A DNA stretch of 64,000 bases from the NCBI GenBank assembly GCA_051294905.1, contig CM119371.1, positions 41,480,001-41,544,000 on the forward strand, given 5' to 3'. The stretch is from Botryllus schlosseri. Lineage: Eukaryota. The notes beneath the pieces were generated by a model. The model worked only from the letters and a program-made list of their open reading frames with translations, was not told the DNA's origin and did no database searches. Of the stretch, positions 12,638 to 25,035 are shown in pieces (the first letter of the stretch is position 1; every line of letters begins with the position of its first letter). A program made the translations under genes and the position numbers.

Positions 12638-13308
12638 ACCTATGCGATACAGACAGGTCGCGTACGAAGAAGCGTTCTCTCGTTTTTCGCGAGCCTGGCC
12701 GAAAGCGCACGGGCGCCTATTGGGCTCGAAAGTCACGTGACTTTTCAGCATAGCAACCACCGTCTGGGGCCAAGCGCGTTTCTGGTATCATTTTCTCTGC
12801 GACAGTAATGCATTTGTATGTCGCAATTTCTGCTACTGCGCTGGTTTTTGCTGTCACATTATGTGTTTGTGTTACAGGATTGATTTTTTTCGCGCAGATA
12901 ACAATGTATAGTATTCAATTAACATGATGGAGTATAGAGCAGTTTAAGATAGCCTATGTCAAACAAGTAATTCCAAGGTTAAGTACTTTCATCTGGACCT
13001 ACTAACTATTCATCGTATGGCTGCAGCATTATTATACTTCAAGTGTATACTTATCGACACGGAGACAGTGATCAGTCAACATCGGAGATTATTAATATTG
13101 TAACAATACCGTACCGTGTTAAATTTGATTTCCGATGGATTTGGTTAGGCTACTTTTACGATTTGCGAGTTCTTCAAAAATAATCCGAATCTGGTCAAAA
13201 GAAGTCAAAATGATTTAGACAACGACCATCCAATATCAGCAATGTATGGTGGTGATGGCAGAGGATTGGGAAATATTCAGTTCAGCCATGAGTATAATGA
13301 AAGTTTAT

Positions 13309-13545
13309 GACGTAGCGGTTGGTAACTGCAAAATTACCTGAAAGATTGGGGAAGCGTTGGAATTGAGTTCGAATCCCACTTGATGCAAGTGGGTCGGAGG
13401 CTTATCTGGACTCCCCACTGCTTACTTAACTAGATGAGCAGCGTCATGTAATCAAGCCCAGATGGCTAAGTAAAGCCGATGAGGCTCGAAAATCGGCACC
13501 ACTGACGAGGACGTATGGAAGCAAGCAAGAGAAGAAAGAAAAAGC
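13309..13545 (+). mobile_element. Probable tRNA-derived SINE
   Basis: A-box-like TAGCGGTTGG (13313), B-box GAGTTCGAATCCC (13365), a unique body and an A/G-rich tail. Confidence 0.5.
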
Positions 13546-13615
13546 TTATCAAAAAGCAAAGAGACCATTGAACTTTAAAGCATTTATGTTGTGGTGCAAA
13601 CAGACGATCATCTTC

Positions 13616-13788
13616 ATCATCATTGGTTTATTAGCAATTTTATCAGTTCAATACACCACAAAATGCGATACAATGAAAAGACAGGAAGATGTCGAAGCGA
13701 CTTGGAGTAGTCTATGGAATCAGACACCCATCCTGACCTAGGCGATGTAAAGAGGAGGCATGCACACTGAATGAAAGTAAAGAAGATA
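13616..13788 (-). mobile_element. 3' UTR fragment of an L2/CR1-type LINE
   Basis: Closely similar to 63266-63437, which continues into the LINE ORF2 C-terminus. Ends in AATAAAC + (ATG)n on the minus strand. Confidence 0.7.
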
Positions 13789-15699
13789 GTATTTCCACCT
13801 TTTCAGAGTACTATGTAATATTGCATACTTGCCGGAGTGTTATATTTTTTAAAGTAGTTTTAGGACATGTTTGCGGCACTTTTGTGATGTGTGTATTGAT
13901 AGATATCAAGTGTCCCTATTCTACCAAATCAAGATCATAGCCTTGGGCGTTTAGAATAAAGTCTTCATTTTGAAATGAGTCGGTGATACTATAGTACTTG
14001 CCCAGCATCACAAGTACTTTGACAAGTGCAGGGCAGCTTGTGTATTGCATACTCAAAACTTATGCCATTTATTCGTTTTGGACCCGATGATTCCCTCAAG
14101 ATTCTGAATAGAGGAACTACCTAATTCTGATATAATAATATTTCCACAACAATACTTTCTTAATCTTGCATACTCTCGCTTGATTTTACAAAATTCTAAG
14201 AGTGCTGAGGAAATCAATAACTGGCCAATAAATTCGACAAATTCACAACTTGAGAATGTATTTCCTTTGTACCGAGAATGAAACAAATAGAATGTAGGTA
14301 TTGGTCACAGATTAGGTATTCCTGATTAATGTTGCCAACTTGCCATAAACGGATGCGGTTTTGACTTAAGCTATACACTTGCTACTGTGGAGGTAGTCTT
14401 AAACCAGGGGTCGCCAACTCAAAATGGGTCGCGGGCCACTTTTCAAATTTCGTAGCGGCCGCGGGCCGCAAGTATTCAATATCGATATAACTACGCAGCA
14501 ACGTTTTAAAACTCAACGTCAGTACAACGCCGTGCTACCTAGCATAGACAATGGGCATAGTGACCACAAAAGAAGTAATATTTTAATAAAGGAATACAAA
14601 TACAACAAAAATCATTATCATCAAGTTCATTTTATTTTGAGCTCTGAGATGTGCACGATACCTGGAAACGCTTTTCAGCGACCAAGTAATCGATATTGGG
14701 GCTAGCGAGATACGTTACTAGCTGAAAGTTCCAGACTATACAAAAAAATTTGAAATTGATGTAAATCGCGCGAAGCGCGAAAGTTGGCTTGAAAATGGGC
14801 AGCCATAAGCAATACAATTGATAGGACTGTGTTGGTATATCGAAATTGACGAGAATAACAGCAAGCAGTGTAACTGTGAGTACTCCATGGCAATCTGTAG
14901 TTATTGCGTTTCTGCATCGCGTCGACGTAAGTATCTTCCATTGACAAGCCAAGATCCTGAACGGCGTTTGTGTAGATTTAGGGTGCTCTGGCCCTGAGAA
15001 CGACGGTAAGGGATACCAGTGTTGTCGGGTCCGTATGGTTACGAGGCTGGTCTCACACAAATGACCTACTGGTGGCATTGATGTACCATATGTCGACAAC
15101 AATGTCAGTTCCTTCCCAGCGTTTTGGCTGGATTTCTACAAGTTCAGGAAGTATATGTGGTCCCGACTTTTAAGGCCGGTAGCGTCTTGAAGTGTGTCAT
15201 CGCTCCACCTCCCTACGTTGACGTCATTCCATAGACAGTTGAGCTGTATTTTCTCACAGTTGAAGGGGTAAATAGCGTGCGTGTGCTTCTCGTTCTTGCG
15301 ATAAAGGAGATGGTGTCTTCTGGAGAGCAGTTTTTGGCAGAGATACAAATTGCATCATACAAGATGCCGGGATCAGAGATGCCCCGGATATGGTTTACAT
15401 ATAGCGCACAGTGCAACTTCACTAGCACAGCAATCAGGTACAGATTAGTGAGGCTAGCATCAATGTTTTCATTGATTTGTTAAACACCTAAAAGTATCTA
15501 TAAAGAGAATAAAATAGTTATGAATTACCCTCTGATTTTTGTTCAAGAAATTTGTGTAAATTTTGTATAGAGCAATGTAAAAGCTACTGAAAGTAGAAAA
15601 TTTGTAATTTGGCTCAACTAGCCAAATTTAAACAACACAATTACGGCTCTATCTCCTGCAATTGCCGAGATAAATTGTACGGTACATCTGTCCACACCC

Positions 15700-16590
15700 T
15701 TCGTGATAATCACCTGTCTGGTAGCTTCTACCAGTTTTATCACGCATGCATTCCTTATTTCTGGGGCTACCAACTGCATGTGTACTTTGTTTTTCCTAAA
15801 CCAATTGGTTATCAGTGGTGAACCTCTGACTTGTTTGATAAATACCGCTGCCATCCTTCCCCGTCAACCTAAATTTGTGCCCATATCCGTTGAAGGAATC
15901 GAGTAAAGCACTAGCAGCAACTTCAATGATGTACTTGTCACTTTCATGATATTGTAAATCTTACCCCAAGTGCAGATATTGTTGCACAATGTCACCTGAA
16001 GGCCGTGTCCAATTTCCACCCATTTATTGATGTTAATGATTTTCACCTTATTATTAGTAACAAGTTCTTATGCGTTACCTGGATTACAAAGTCAACAGTT
16101 AATTTATGATAACTTGGCTGTTTTACGGGTTGCGACAAAACCCTTCGAACAAATTGTGTGTATTCTACTGACGGTAATTTTCCTTGGTTGCAATAACAAG
16201 ACTTCTGTTATTGTGGAAAATTTCATGAGACGATATTTTTCTGCATTTAATGCCAATTTTGCTAATCCTAATTGTTAATCATATTCATACCCAATTCGTC
16301 GCTCGTTAGGGCATTATGTCAATTTTGAATGTTTAAATGTCAATGGGCAGCAGATCTGACTTCAGACGACTTCTCACATCTTTGGAGACGCCTGTGCTCC
16401 TGTTATTGCAAAATTTTGTGTTCGTAAAATAATTGGCCGCTACGGTACTCATGTCAATAAGGCAATCTCTTGATTGTTTCCAAATCATGGCCCCTGACTG
16501 TATTGGCTTAGTCAGGAGAGTTAGGGCTCGTTCTGCACGTGGAACCTACGAACGTAACATTCGTAAGTTGTGTCGCTTATAACTGTCCTG
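15700..16590 (+). mobile_element. Decayed BEL/Pao LTR-retrotransposon pol remnant
   Basis: In order: protease-like HAFLISGATN (about 15745); RT-like QTTSHIFGDACAPVIAKFCVRK (about 16360, cf. BEL HxFGxxxSPxxAxF); and C-terminal PDCIGLVRRVRARSARGTYERNIRKLCRL (about 16495, cf. the DUF5641-type DGxVRxVxVxTxxGxYxRPIxKLC). Large deletions and stops; LTRs not identified. Confidence 0.65.
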
Positions 16591-18328
16591 ATTTTATTTT
16601 CGCATATGATTTATTCCTTTACACAACCACCTCTCATCAATTTGTTGTGACCTTCTGTGGTTGACCATGACGGTTTCCAGTTGGTCACAGGGTCGGCAAT
16701 GTCACGGTGGTTTATTTCGTTATGGCTCACCCTTCGCCACCTCGAGCACTTTGCGGTGCACGTGCATTTATATGTGGAGTGACGCAATGGAGGTCGTCTG
16801 TTTTGATATTGTTGTAGTACTGGTTTGCTGACATTTGTTATTGTATTATCTTGTCAGGGTTTCGAGAGATTTTTTAACGTCATCAAATAATAGCATCCAT
16901 TTGGTGTTCTTGTTTGGTGTCAGTTGGGAAACAGAAGAAAGCCAGCTTGATACAATCGTCGACATTTTTGGAGATGACACTTATATTAAACACGCTCTGG
17001 GAAGCTGAATCACATATAACCACAGGAAATATCAAATCTGAGAAGTTATCGCTGTTAGACACATCGTCATTCATTCCGTTAATCTTACCTGGTAAAGCTC
17101 TTACGGGCTTAACAATGTTAGGGATATGTACGTTAGAATTAACGACTGTAGGTGTAGTTACTAGCCAAGGAGACATAACATGTGCACAAATATACAATAA
17201 TATATAACATGTAATGCACGAATTGGCTAGGGAATTATAGGCTGTCGCGACACTTATTTCAGAATGCAATATAAGCACGTACCGTATATTGAATAATGTC
17301 CGGAAAATTGATAGTTCGATGGCAACGTCGAAAGTCCTCGTACTCAACGTAGTAGCGTTTAAGATATCGCTCGGGTCATCATGCCGCAATACAATGGTGT
17401 GTGTCCTGGTGAGTAGAAGTAAAGCTAACCAAAGTATTATAGGTTTAGCTGGCTGACTACTTAACCTGGAATCCTGTACTGTATCCTGGTGAGATCTTCT
17501 TAAGACGCAGATATACGCAAGACATAGGAGTATATTTCAGACGTTGTTACAAGTAGGTTTAGCAAATGAGTCTCCCGATCCCAGAGAATCAGTAGTTTTA
17601 TACTAGAGGCAAATTACTCTAGGACAGGATGTCTCTCGGTTACGAGATATATACATTTCATGGTTGAACGACAACAGGGATCTGTTACAATATATCGAAG
17701 GCTTCGGAATACATGCGCTGGTTTTATGGTCGTCAATCATTTTGGGAGCGCACTTTGCAGGAGTCGCCTGTAGCCTATCCTATATGTCTTCGTGTGTCGC
17801 GGAACGGAAATTGCCGGAACTAACAGTCCCCAACCCCCATACTACTGAACTGACACCCCTAGACTCAATCAACTCAACGATCTCGGGCTACTCTATACTA
17901 GGGTTACCATATTTTGGAATCGGGAAACATAAAGTTTTAAACCCCCTTGTAACTGTCGGATTATTCGCGTGAATATTATTGTACTCCTTAGTAATCCATT
18001 TCAACGAACTTTCGTTTTATTCCGACTTTTTAAGTTGCATTCTTCTGCCCTAAAATACTGTAATATTTATTGATTTTTCGAAAATCTTCCAAAAATTTGG
18101 GAGGGGCGATCGCCCCTTTCGCCCCTCTCTGGCTACGCCAGTGGTGATATTATTGACCGGATGAAAAAGCACACTAGATCTAACCAGAAAATCGTTAAAT
18201 TGGCAACACTGCACTCCGAGTTTCACTCGGCCAACATGTTTTGGCAAATATTGTTCCGTAATGCTTCGTCAACCACCTGAAACTGAATCGTGATGACAAA
18301 AAAAACTATTATTTGATGGGACCTAGGC

Positions 18329-18632
18329 TAGGGTTACCATACGACGCATACGTCCTCTTTTGATAGGATTCGTCCTATTTTTTTTACTTTGTTGAAAGTG
18401 TTCTCGGAGGACGCCCATTGGTCCTCTTTTTTGAGATTTTGTCCTCTTTTTTGACAATTTTGGTCATATGTATATATTTTTATTTGGGCGCCGAGCGAGA
18501 AAGATGACCTTTTTTTTAGTCAACCGACCACCTAGTGGGTAAAATTTACCATTTATTGAGAATATTCCTCCGGTTTTGCAAGTCTGAAAAAGTGATGTCC
18601 TCTTTTTAGATTTCCAAAATATGGTAACCCTA
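18329..18632. mobile_element. hAT-like MITE, TAGGGTTACCATA TIR family
   Basis: TAGGGTTACCATA ... TATGGTAACCCTA with perfect 8-bp TSD ACCTAGGC (18321-28 / 18633-40). Confidence 0.85.
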
Positions 18633-19544
18633 ACCTAGGCAGGGTTGTAATGACTCGAGTCGCGATTTTTTGGTGGCGTGACTTGACTCTAGTCATTTTT
18701 TCAAATGCGTGAAATAGCTTGACTCTAGCCAATTTTCGTATTGACTCGACTTATACTCTAGTCATTGTGCATAACTTGAACCAAGTCACATAAGCTTCGC
18801 AACCTTTGTTACGTAAAACTAGAGTTTTAGATTTGCCTTTTTCTTATCGCGCCTATTTCACAATCCGTATTGGCTAAACTTCACAACCGCTGCTACGTAA
18901 AACTAAAAATCTGGACAAATATCTCTGCCTTTTTCGCATCGCGACTATTTCGCGCTCGGTTTTCCTCGATCCATGCAGGCCGGATCCGGCCATATGGTTG
19001 ACTCTCCTGTTCTAGGGTACTAGGTCCAGGTGGGCGACTGATTTCGAATGCTACTTCCAAGTCGTTTCGCACCCTCTTATCTTTTCGTCGCATCACAAAC
19101 TTGTGGTGTTTTTATAAGGATCAAATTGGTATTGATAGACTTAACTGAACTAGTGCTTTACAACAACTGTGCTAATGTCCAATTATTTTGATTAGTTCTA
19201 CTCTGCAACAGTGTACATAAACTCAAAACATGCATAAGGTCCACCGTTATTGATGAGACGTTTCAGATCAAAATTACAAATCGACATTCAATACGTGAAG
19301 TAAATGGGTTAAGAAACTTGACAAGACAGTTTTCAAGCCGACTTACACAGAATTATTCAAACTTTCTATATTCCGATATTATGGCAGAACAATTAATATA
19401 CGTATCTGATGACCGCACGGCCCCATACAATACTCTTCATGAATGCACTGAAAGCGATAAATAAACATTGCTACCAGGGCTGGACAAGATCGAGCACGAA
19501 TCGTGTAATATGCTTCGAGTCGAGTATTTGATTATCACTCACTA

Positions 19545-20002
19545 CAGGGTTGCAATCAAGTCACACGTCCATCTCACTTATAGTTTCGACTCGAGTCATT
19601 TTCAATTCACCACCGAGTCAAGTCCGAGTCCAAGTCAGCGAGCAGAGGGTCGAGTCCAAGTCATTATGTTGACTGCTCGGTTTCCAGTTAAAGACTTGTT
19701 AAACCTACATTTCATAACTCTGTTATGGTGATATCAAATGGTTCGCATTTACGATATAATCATTCTCCTCACTTAGCAGTTTCCGGCTGCATTTTCAAGT
19801 ATCAGTACAAATAGATGAAATCTCAATATTGAGGTTACTTTACTACTCTTCGAAGTTACAATGAAATGTCGGACTTGGTCGTCTGAGTCTCGAGTCATAT
19901 CACTTGGTCCAAGTCTAGTCAATACCCAGATTGACTCGAGTCGGGTCATTTCGGTATTTTGAGAAAATGACTCGACTCATCAGAAAATCGTGTCTTGAGT
20001 CA
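19545..20002 (-). mobile_element. GACTCGAGTC-repeat hAT MITE family, reverse-orientation copy
   Basis: Starts CAGGGTTGCAATCAAGTCAC, the reverse complement of the family's right end. Many GACTCGAGTC/GACTTG units. Confidence 0.75.
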
Positions 20003-20095
20003 GACACTCGCCGGGGGTAATCGTCAGCGACTAGTGGAGATTTCAAAATTTTGCGTATCAACAATAGTACCACAAAATCATAATTAAACAGTGTA
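20003..20095 (-). mobile_element. Truncated Penelope-like 3' fragment with mutated hammerhead core
   Basis: Minus strand reads GCTGACGATTACCC-CCGGCGA-GTGTC, the same family as 42972-43237. The core is altered and the GAAA half is missing. Confidence 0.65.
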
Positions 20096-20239
20096 AAAAT
20101 TCAAATATACGAGGCGAACGGACGGCTTGGTTTCAACGTACGAAATTTCAGTTATTTCTACTTTACTCGTCACAAATAATTCTCGATTCAGATTAGAGTA
20201 CACGGATCATCATACCCAGCCCTAATAGTCACAAAACAA

Positions 20240-23200
20240 TCACATAATCCTAGCCCGCATCTGCTTGCTCTTGTACATCTTCTTATCGCGCTTCCTCGCC
20301 TCTCTCTTGTTCTGAATGTCCTCCAGCTTACGCTGCTTGTCCGGATCTTCCTCGTTCATGATCCTTTCCTTAATCGCCTTCTCCTTCTCCTCGCGCTTCA
20401 GCTGCGCCTCTTCCTGACGCTTGGCGTGGGTCAGTTTCAAGAAAGCGAGCTTTACTTTGTTACGGTTTTTTTCCGCTTTCACCTTGTTGTTGAGGCGTAA
20501 CTTTCTCATTTTGTCGGCCATGTACAAGGTCATCTTCATTAAAGGCAGTAGCTTTGAGATGTCTTCCGCCGAAGGCGTGCTCCTGTCACAGTGCATGTTC
20601 AACATAACGTTTAAGGTTTTGGAAGTAGGGGGACGCTCGGTAGGCGGTTCGTCTACGTCGCCAGGTTTTAACCCAGAGTACTGATCCGAAATGTGCATGT
20701 ACTCGAAATACTTTTCGTTCTCGTTAATCACTTTACGGACTTTAGCGTCTAACACGCTTCCGACTTCGCTCCAGATTTCGGCAGCGACAGTCATGCTTTC
20801 CGGTAAATCGTACTTGTCGGCCGGACGCATTTTGTCGACGCAAAAATAGATTAAGTCCTGCATGTTTTTCTGTAAGATGCCGATTGACTTTTTGGCGCCG
20901 ATGGCTAACACGTAGGGGTCCATGTCTTCTAGAGTGACGGTTATCATCACCTGGTGGATAGAAGGAATGTATTTTATCATAAATTCAAATACGAACACAA
21001 ATTTTAGAACACACGAAAATATTGATAGAATTGAGATGGAATCATGCTTGTAATGACTCGAGTCATGACTTGACTCAATTTTTTGATGACTTGAGTCATT
21101 TTCTCAAAATACGGAAATGACTCGACTCGAGTCAATCTGTACATTGACTCGACTTGTACTTGAGTCATTGTGCATTAATCGAACCAAGTCATATGAATCG
21201 AGACTCAGACGGTCAAGACCGACATTTCATTGTAATTTCAAGGAATAGGCTAGTAAAGTAACCACACTGTTGATATTTCATCTATTGGTACTGGTACTTG
21301 AAAATGCGGCCAGAAACTGTTAAAAGTGAGGAAATTAGATACAAACTATTCGATATTAGCAATCAAAGTTATAAAAAGTGGCTTTAACAAGACTTTAATT
21401 GGAAACTGAGCAGTAGGGTTGTCCAAAATTTGGAAAATCTTTAAAAGTCTCTGTGATTGTGACTCATTCTATAGATTATTGATAAAAAACAACAATTAGC
21501 CTGAAAGAAGCTTACAGGAAAGCCGTTAAGATTTCGGGCAAAGCGTTTGAAAGTAGCTGCTCAAGAATGGGCGTGCCACCGACCATAGAACGGCGAGAAG
21601 ACTAGTAATCACATAACCACGGCTCTTGATTGGCTAGTCGGCTATGCTTCAATGATCACGGCAGCAGCAGCTTGCTGATTAGGTGTTGAAGGAGTCTGCT
21701 ACCAGCGGGGGTTCTGCAAGCGCATTGTGGGTAGGTTCGCAGATGATGATTTAAGATTAATTCAGGACATGTTGAGGTACGAAAAAAAATGATGAACAAA
21801 CAACAGCTGCTTCACAAAACCTTTTACGGCATGACTGCTTTATTGTGAAGGAAGCGGCTGTAGCCTACATGCAGCGTTTTCATCGAGGAAAAGCAAAGGC
21901 GCTTATGCAAGTGGTGAACGAATTCCCCGTTTAACCGATTGGGACCGGCTGCAATTTTCGAAAAATTTTGCTTCAATTTTCAAAAACGAAAAACTGTACC
22001 TTAATGGGATTGGAACACGACAGCCAAGGTAGCGTTCGAATCAGAAAGTAAACGCGGATCCGATTGCGCTACTCGCTTTCATTTCGAGCCCTGTGTCTGG
22101 CCGCTTATATCGAGAGCAAGCCGAGAATTCGTTGATGAGAAACGTATTACATTTACTGCACTCTTTATAAACCTTAACATGGATATCTGGTGACATAGGC
22201 TTCTTGTGAATCATATCGGCGAGGAAATCATGATCATGGAGATGGCTCAGTCGATATAATACGCCCTAATATCGCCATTATCCATTAGATACAGTACTGA
22301 CGGTTTGCACAATAAACACGCACCAGGCCGCAGAGTGAATGAGTCATCGGCGAGTGAGCGAGTGACGCGCGTGTATTTATTAGGTAGCGTAGCCTTCCAG
22401 GGCATTTACAAAGCTTATAGAGCACGTAAATGGGTCACTTTAGTATTGATAAACGGAGATTGTCAAGACCTAACCATAAGGACAAACCACAAACGCATAT
22501 CTTAGTTAGTTGGTAGCACTTCATACAAACATGATACACACGTTTGCGCGGAATACACTGCGTGTAGAATTGGTCTTGTTGCCATATATACATCACTATT
22601 AGCTGTTAGTCTGATGTAGATATAATCTTATGGTAATGTACTCTCCACAGAAACAATCTAAGAATGTCAACTACCGATAAAATTCAGGATATAACACATT
22701 ATGTTATGGATATTCGTCCCTGCGTTTGACACTAGTGTGGTAGTCTGCAGGAATTCTCTTCACGATATTCAGAAGCGGCCTTGGGGTGACATAGGCATAA
22801 CTAATGTTGTTTATTTTGACCTTGAAGGTGGAGATTGGCTAGTTCTATTGAAAGAGACAATCCGTAAATGTCTTTCATTACTACAACGTAAGATATATAT
22901 CGTCATACGACAGCTCTTTGTATATCCTGATGCACACTTTTGCGTAGGTATATGCGCTGAGTAATATTGTATTTATTCCGAAATATACTTGACTATTAGC
23001 CATTATTTAGAATCGTATAGGCAACAACTATTCACAGACACAATCTATGAAGGTATATCACTATTAGAACTCGATATATATCCCGTTATGTGACCAGTAT
23101 TCATCCATCTGCTTGAAGCTGGTACGGTAGGCTGCGAGAATTCTCTTCCGGATTTTCAAATGCAACCTTGGGCGATGCAGACATAACTAGTATAGTTGTT

Positions 23201-24912
23201 TTAGCAAGAAAATCAGAAGCTGACAAGCGCTATTCATAGAAACAAACTACAACAACTGGCTATGACGAATACAACCAAATATACGACAGGGTATATGATG
23301 TGTATCGGGAACGCGCGTTTCCACGAAATGATGCGGTCGGCGGATATCTTTGTCACGCGGCCTATCACATAGATTTTGAACACCTTATATGTAACTAATA
23401 TCAGATATGAAGATATGTGTGAACTTGTATGGACACTAGCTTTTCACAGAAAGAAACAACTATGCTCTAAGACGGCTAGAACAAAACATACAGTACGTTA
23501 TGTGAGAGTGGTCAATGACGCGCGTTGCCGAGACAGTGTATTTTGCAACATATTTATCTACGGTATTTGATATCCGATTTCGACGTCTTAGATATAATAT
23601 ATATCAAATAATATGGTATCAATGAACTTGCACAAACAATATCCATTCGCAGAAATGAACAGCAGCGACCTAGCGCGATTAGAACGGGATATATAGTGGT
23701 TCTATTACAGTACGCTTCCCTCGTACCGGCAATGGGTAAAAATACCCACGCCGGCGCCAAACGGTTAAGAAGGGATCCATCATCAATACATGACTTGGAC
23801 TCGAGTCATATTACCATGACTTGGACTCGACCCTCTGCTCGCTGACTTGGACTCGGACTTGGTGGTCAATTGAAATTGACTCGACTTGACTCGAGTCAAA
23901 ACTATAAAAGTAAGATTGACTTTTGACTTGGTTACAACCGTGATATGATGTAGTACTCGCACTATATTCTGTGAGGCCGCGTAAAATATACATATTGGAA
24001 CATCCACATCTTTCACACGGTTATGTCATCATAATCAGTGATACTGAAATACTCGACTAAGAAACAAATCACTCTGGTACTCGGATTTTGCCCAGCCTTA
24101 AGAGTAAGATAATAGAATTATTGATTTCTCACCTTGTCTTTTGTAGGCTTCATTTTATCGGCGATAATCGACACCAGGTCTTGACGCTTCATCAACCTCA
24201 ATTCGACCAGCATGCCTTCCACGCACGCGCGGCCAGAGCACCACAACGTAAAAATATGTTCCGCCTCTTTCGTCATTTGAAAGGTGCTAGCCGCCGTTTT
24301 GTTTTGCGGGTCGTCGCCGATTAACTCAAACTGAGACTCGAGAAGTTCTTTGTGTATTTTAAGCCAGCTGTTCGCGATATTCGAATTCTTGTAACGTCCC
24401 GTCAAGAAATTGATGGCGTACACGAGTAATCCGACACACATCATGATTTCGATATAGTATTTGTCCCAGCTTCTCGCGTGGAGTGGAACATTTTGTATTT
24501 TAAGCTCCGGTTTCCCTTGCTTTTTGCTTTTCGCTTTCTTATTTCCGTTTTCCCAAATCGTATCATCACCATCCAAGCCTTCAAACTCTTCAGGATCTAA
24601 ATGTTCAAATTCATCGCTATCTTCAACCTCGACAGTTGCGTCTTCGTCTTGAAATTCGTCTAATTCATCATCGAATTCATTCTCATCTCCCGCGTTTGAT
24701 GCGTGAGATTTTCCAGAGTTTGATTCACTCTCTGTTGTTATATCATCGGGCTGAGTGTCATCGAAATCCTCGTCAGCCGCCTCATCGAAATCTTCGAATT
24801 CCGCAAATTCGTTGTCTTCCAAGTCGGCTCCGTGTAGATTTTGAGCCAAGGCTCGACGATTGAGCGCCACGAGACAGCACGTGGCGAGTAATATAGATAA
24901 TAGTAATTTCAT
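20240..24912 (-). CDS. CCDC47: PAT complex subunit CCDC47 (calumin), 496 aa, 2 coding exons: 24912-24133 and 20950-20240
   Basis: Signal peptide, acidic lumenal stretch, TM (YYIEIMMCVGLLVYAINFL) and hallmark segments GRYKNSNIANSWLKIHKELLESQFELIGDD and FTLWCSGRACVEGMLVELRLMKRQDL. Exon 2 has YMHISDQYSG and the basic coiled coil KLTHAKRQEEAQLKREEK...EEDPDKQRKLE. Phase-0 GT-AG intron. Confidence 0.95.
21048..23942 (+). mobile_element. GACTCGAGTC-family MITE split (21048-21413 + 23783-23942) by a 2.37-kb insertion in the CCDC47 intron
   Basis: The intact copy at 48910 reads GGAAACCGAGCAG|TCAACACA. Here the left half stops at GAGCAG (21413) and resumes TCAATACA at 23783. Confidence 0.75.
21935..23764. 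mobile_element. piggyBac-like non-autonomous element
   Basis: TTAA on both sides (21931-34, 23765-68). Imperfect TIR CCGATTGGGACCGGC / GCCGGCGCCAAACGG (12/15). No transposase ORF. Confidence 0.6.
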
Positions 24913-25035
24913 TGTGATTACGACGCTGTAAAATTGGTTTGCTACATATGATATTATTATTGCACAACGTTATAGCAAAATAGTTGCATTCAAACTTCGA
25001 GTAGATAATTCTATACGGTATAGTTACTAATCAGA

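Noticed and set aside
13475..13510. Hammerhead-like words CCGATGAG..CGAAA and CTGACGAG in the SINE
   Set aside because: Stems I and III cannot form; GCCGAT/ATCGGC is a simple hairpin.
17480..17676. Possible solo LTR (TGT...ACA with TATAAAA on the minus strand)
   Set aside because: No TSD and no second copy in the window.
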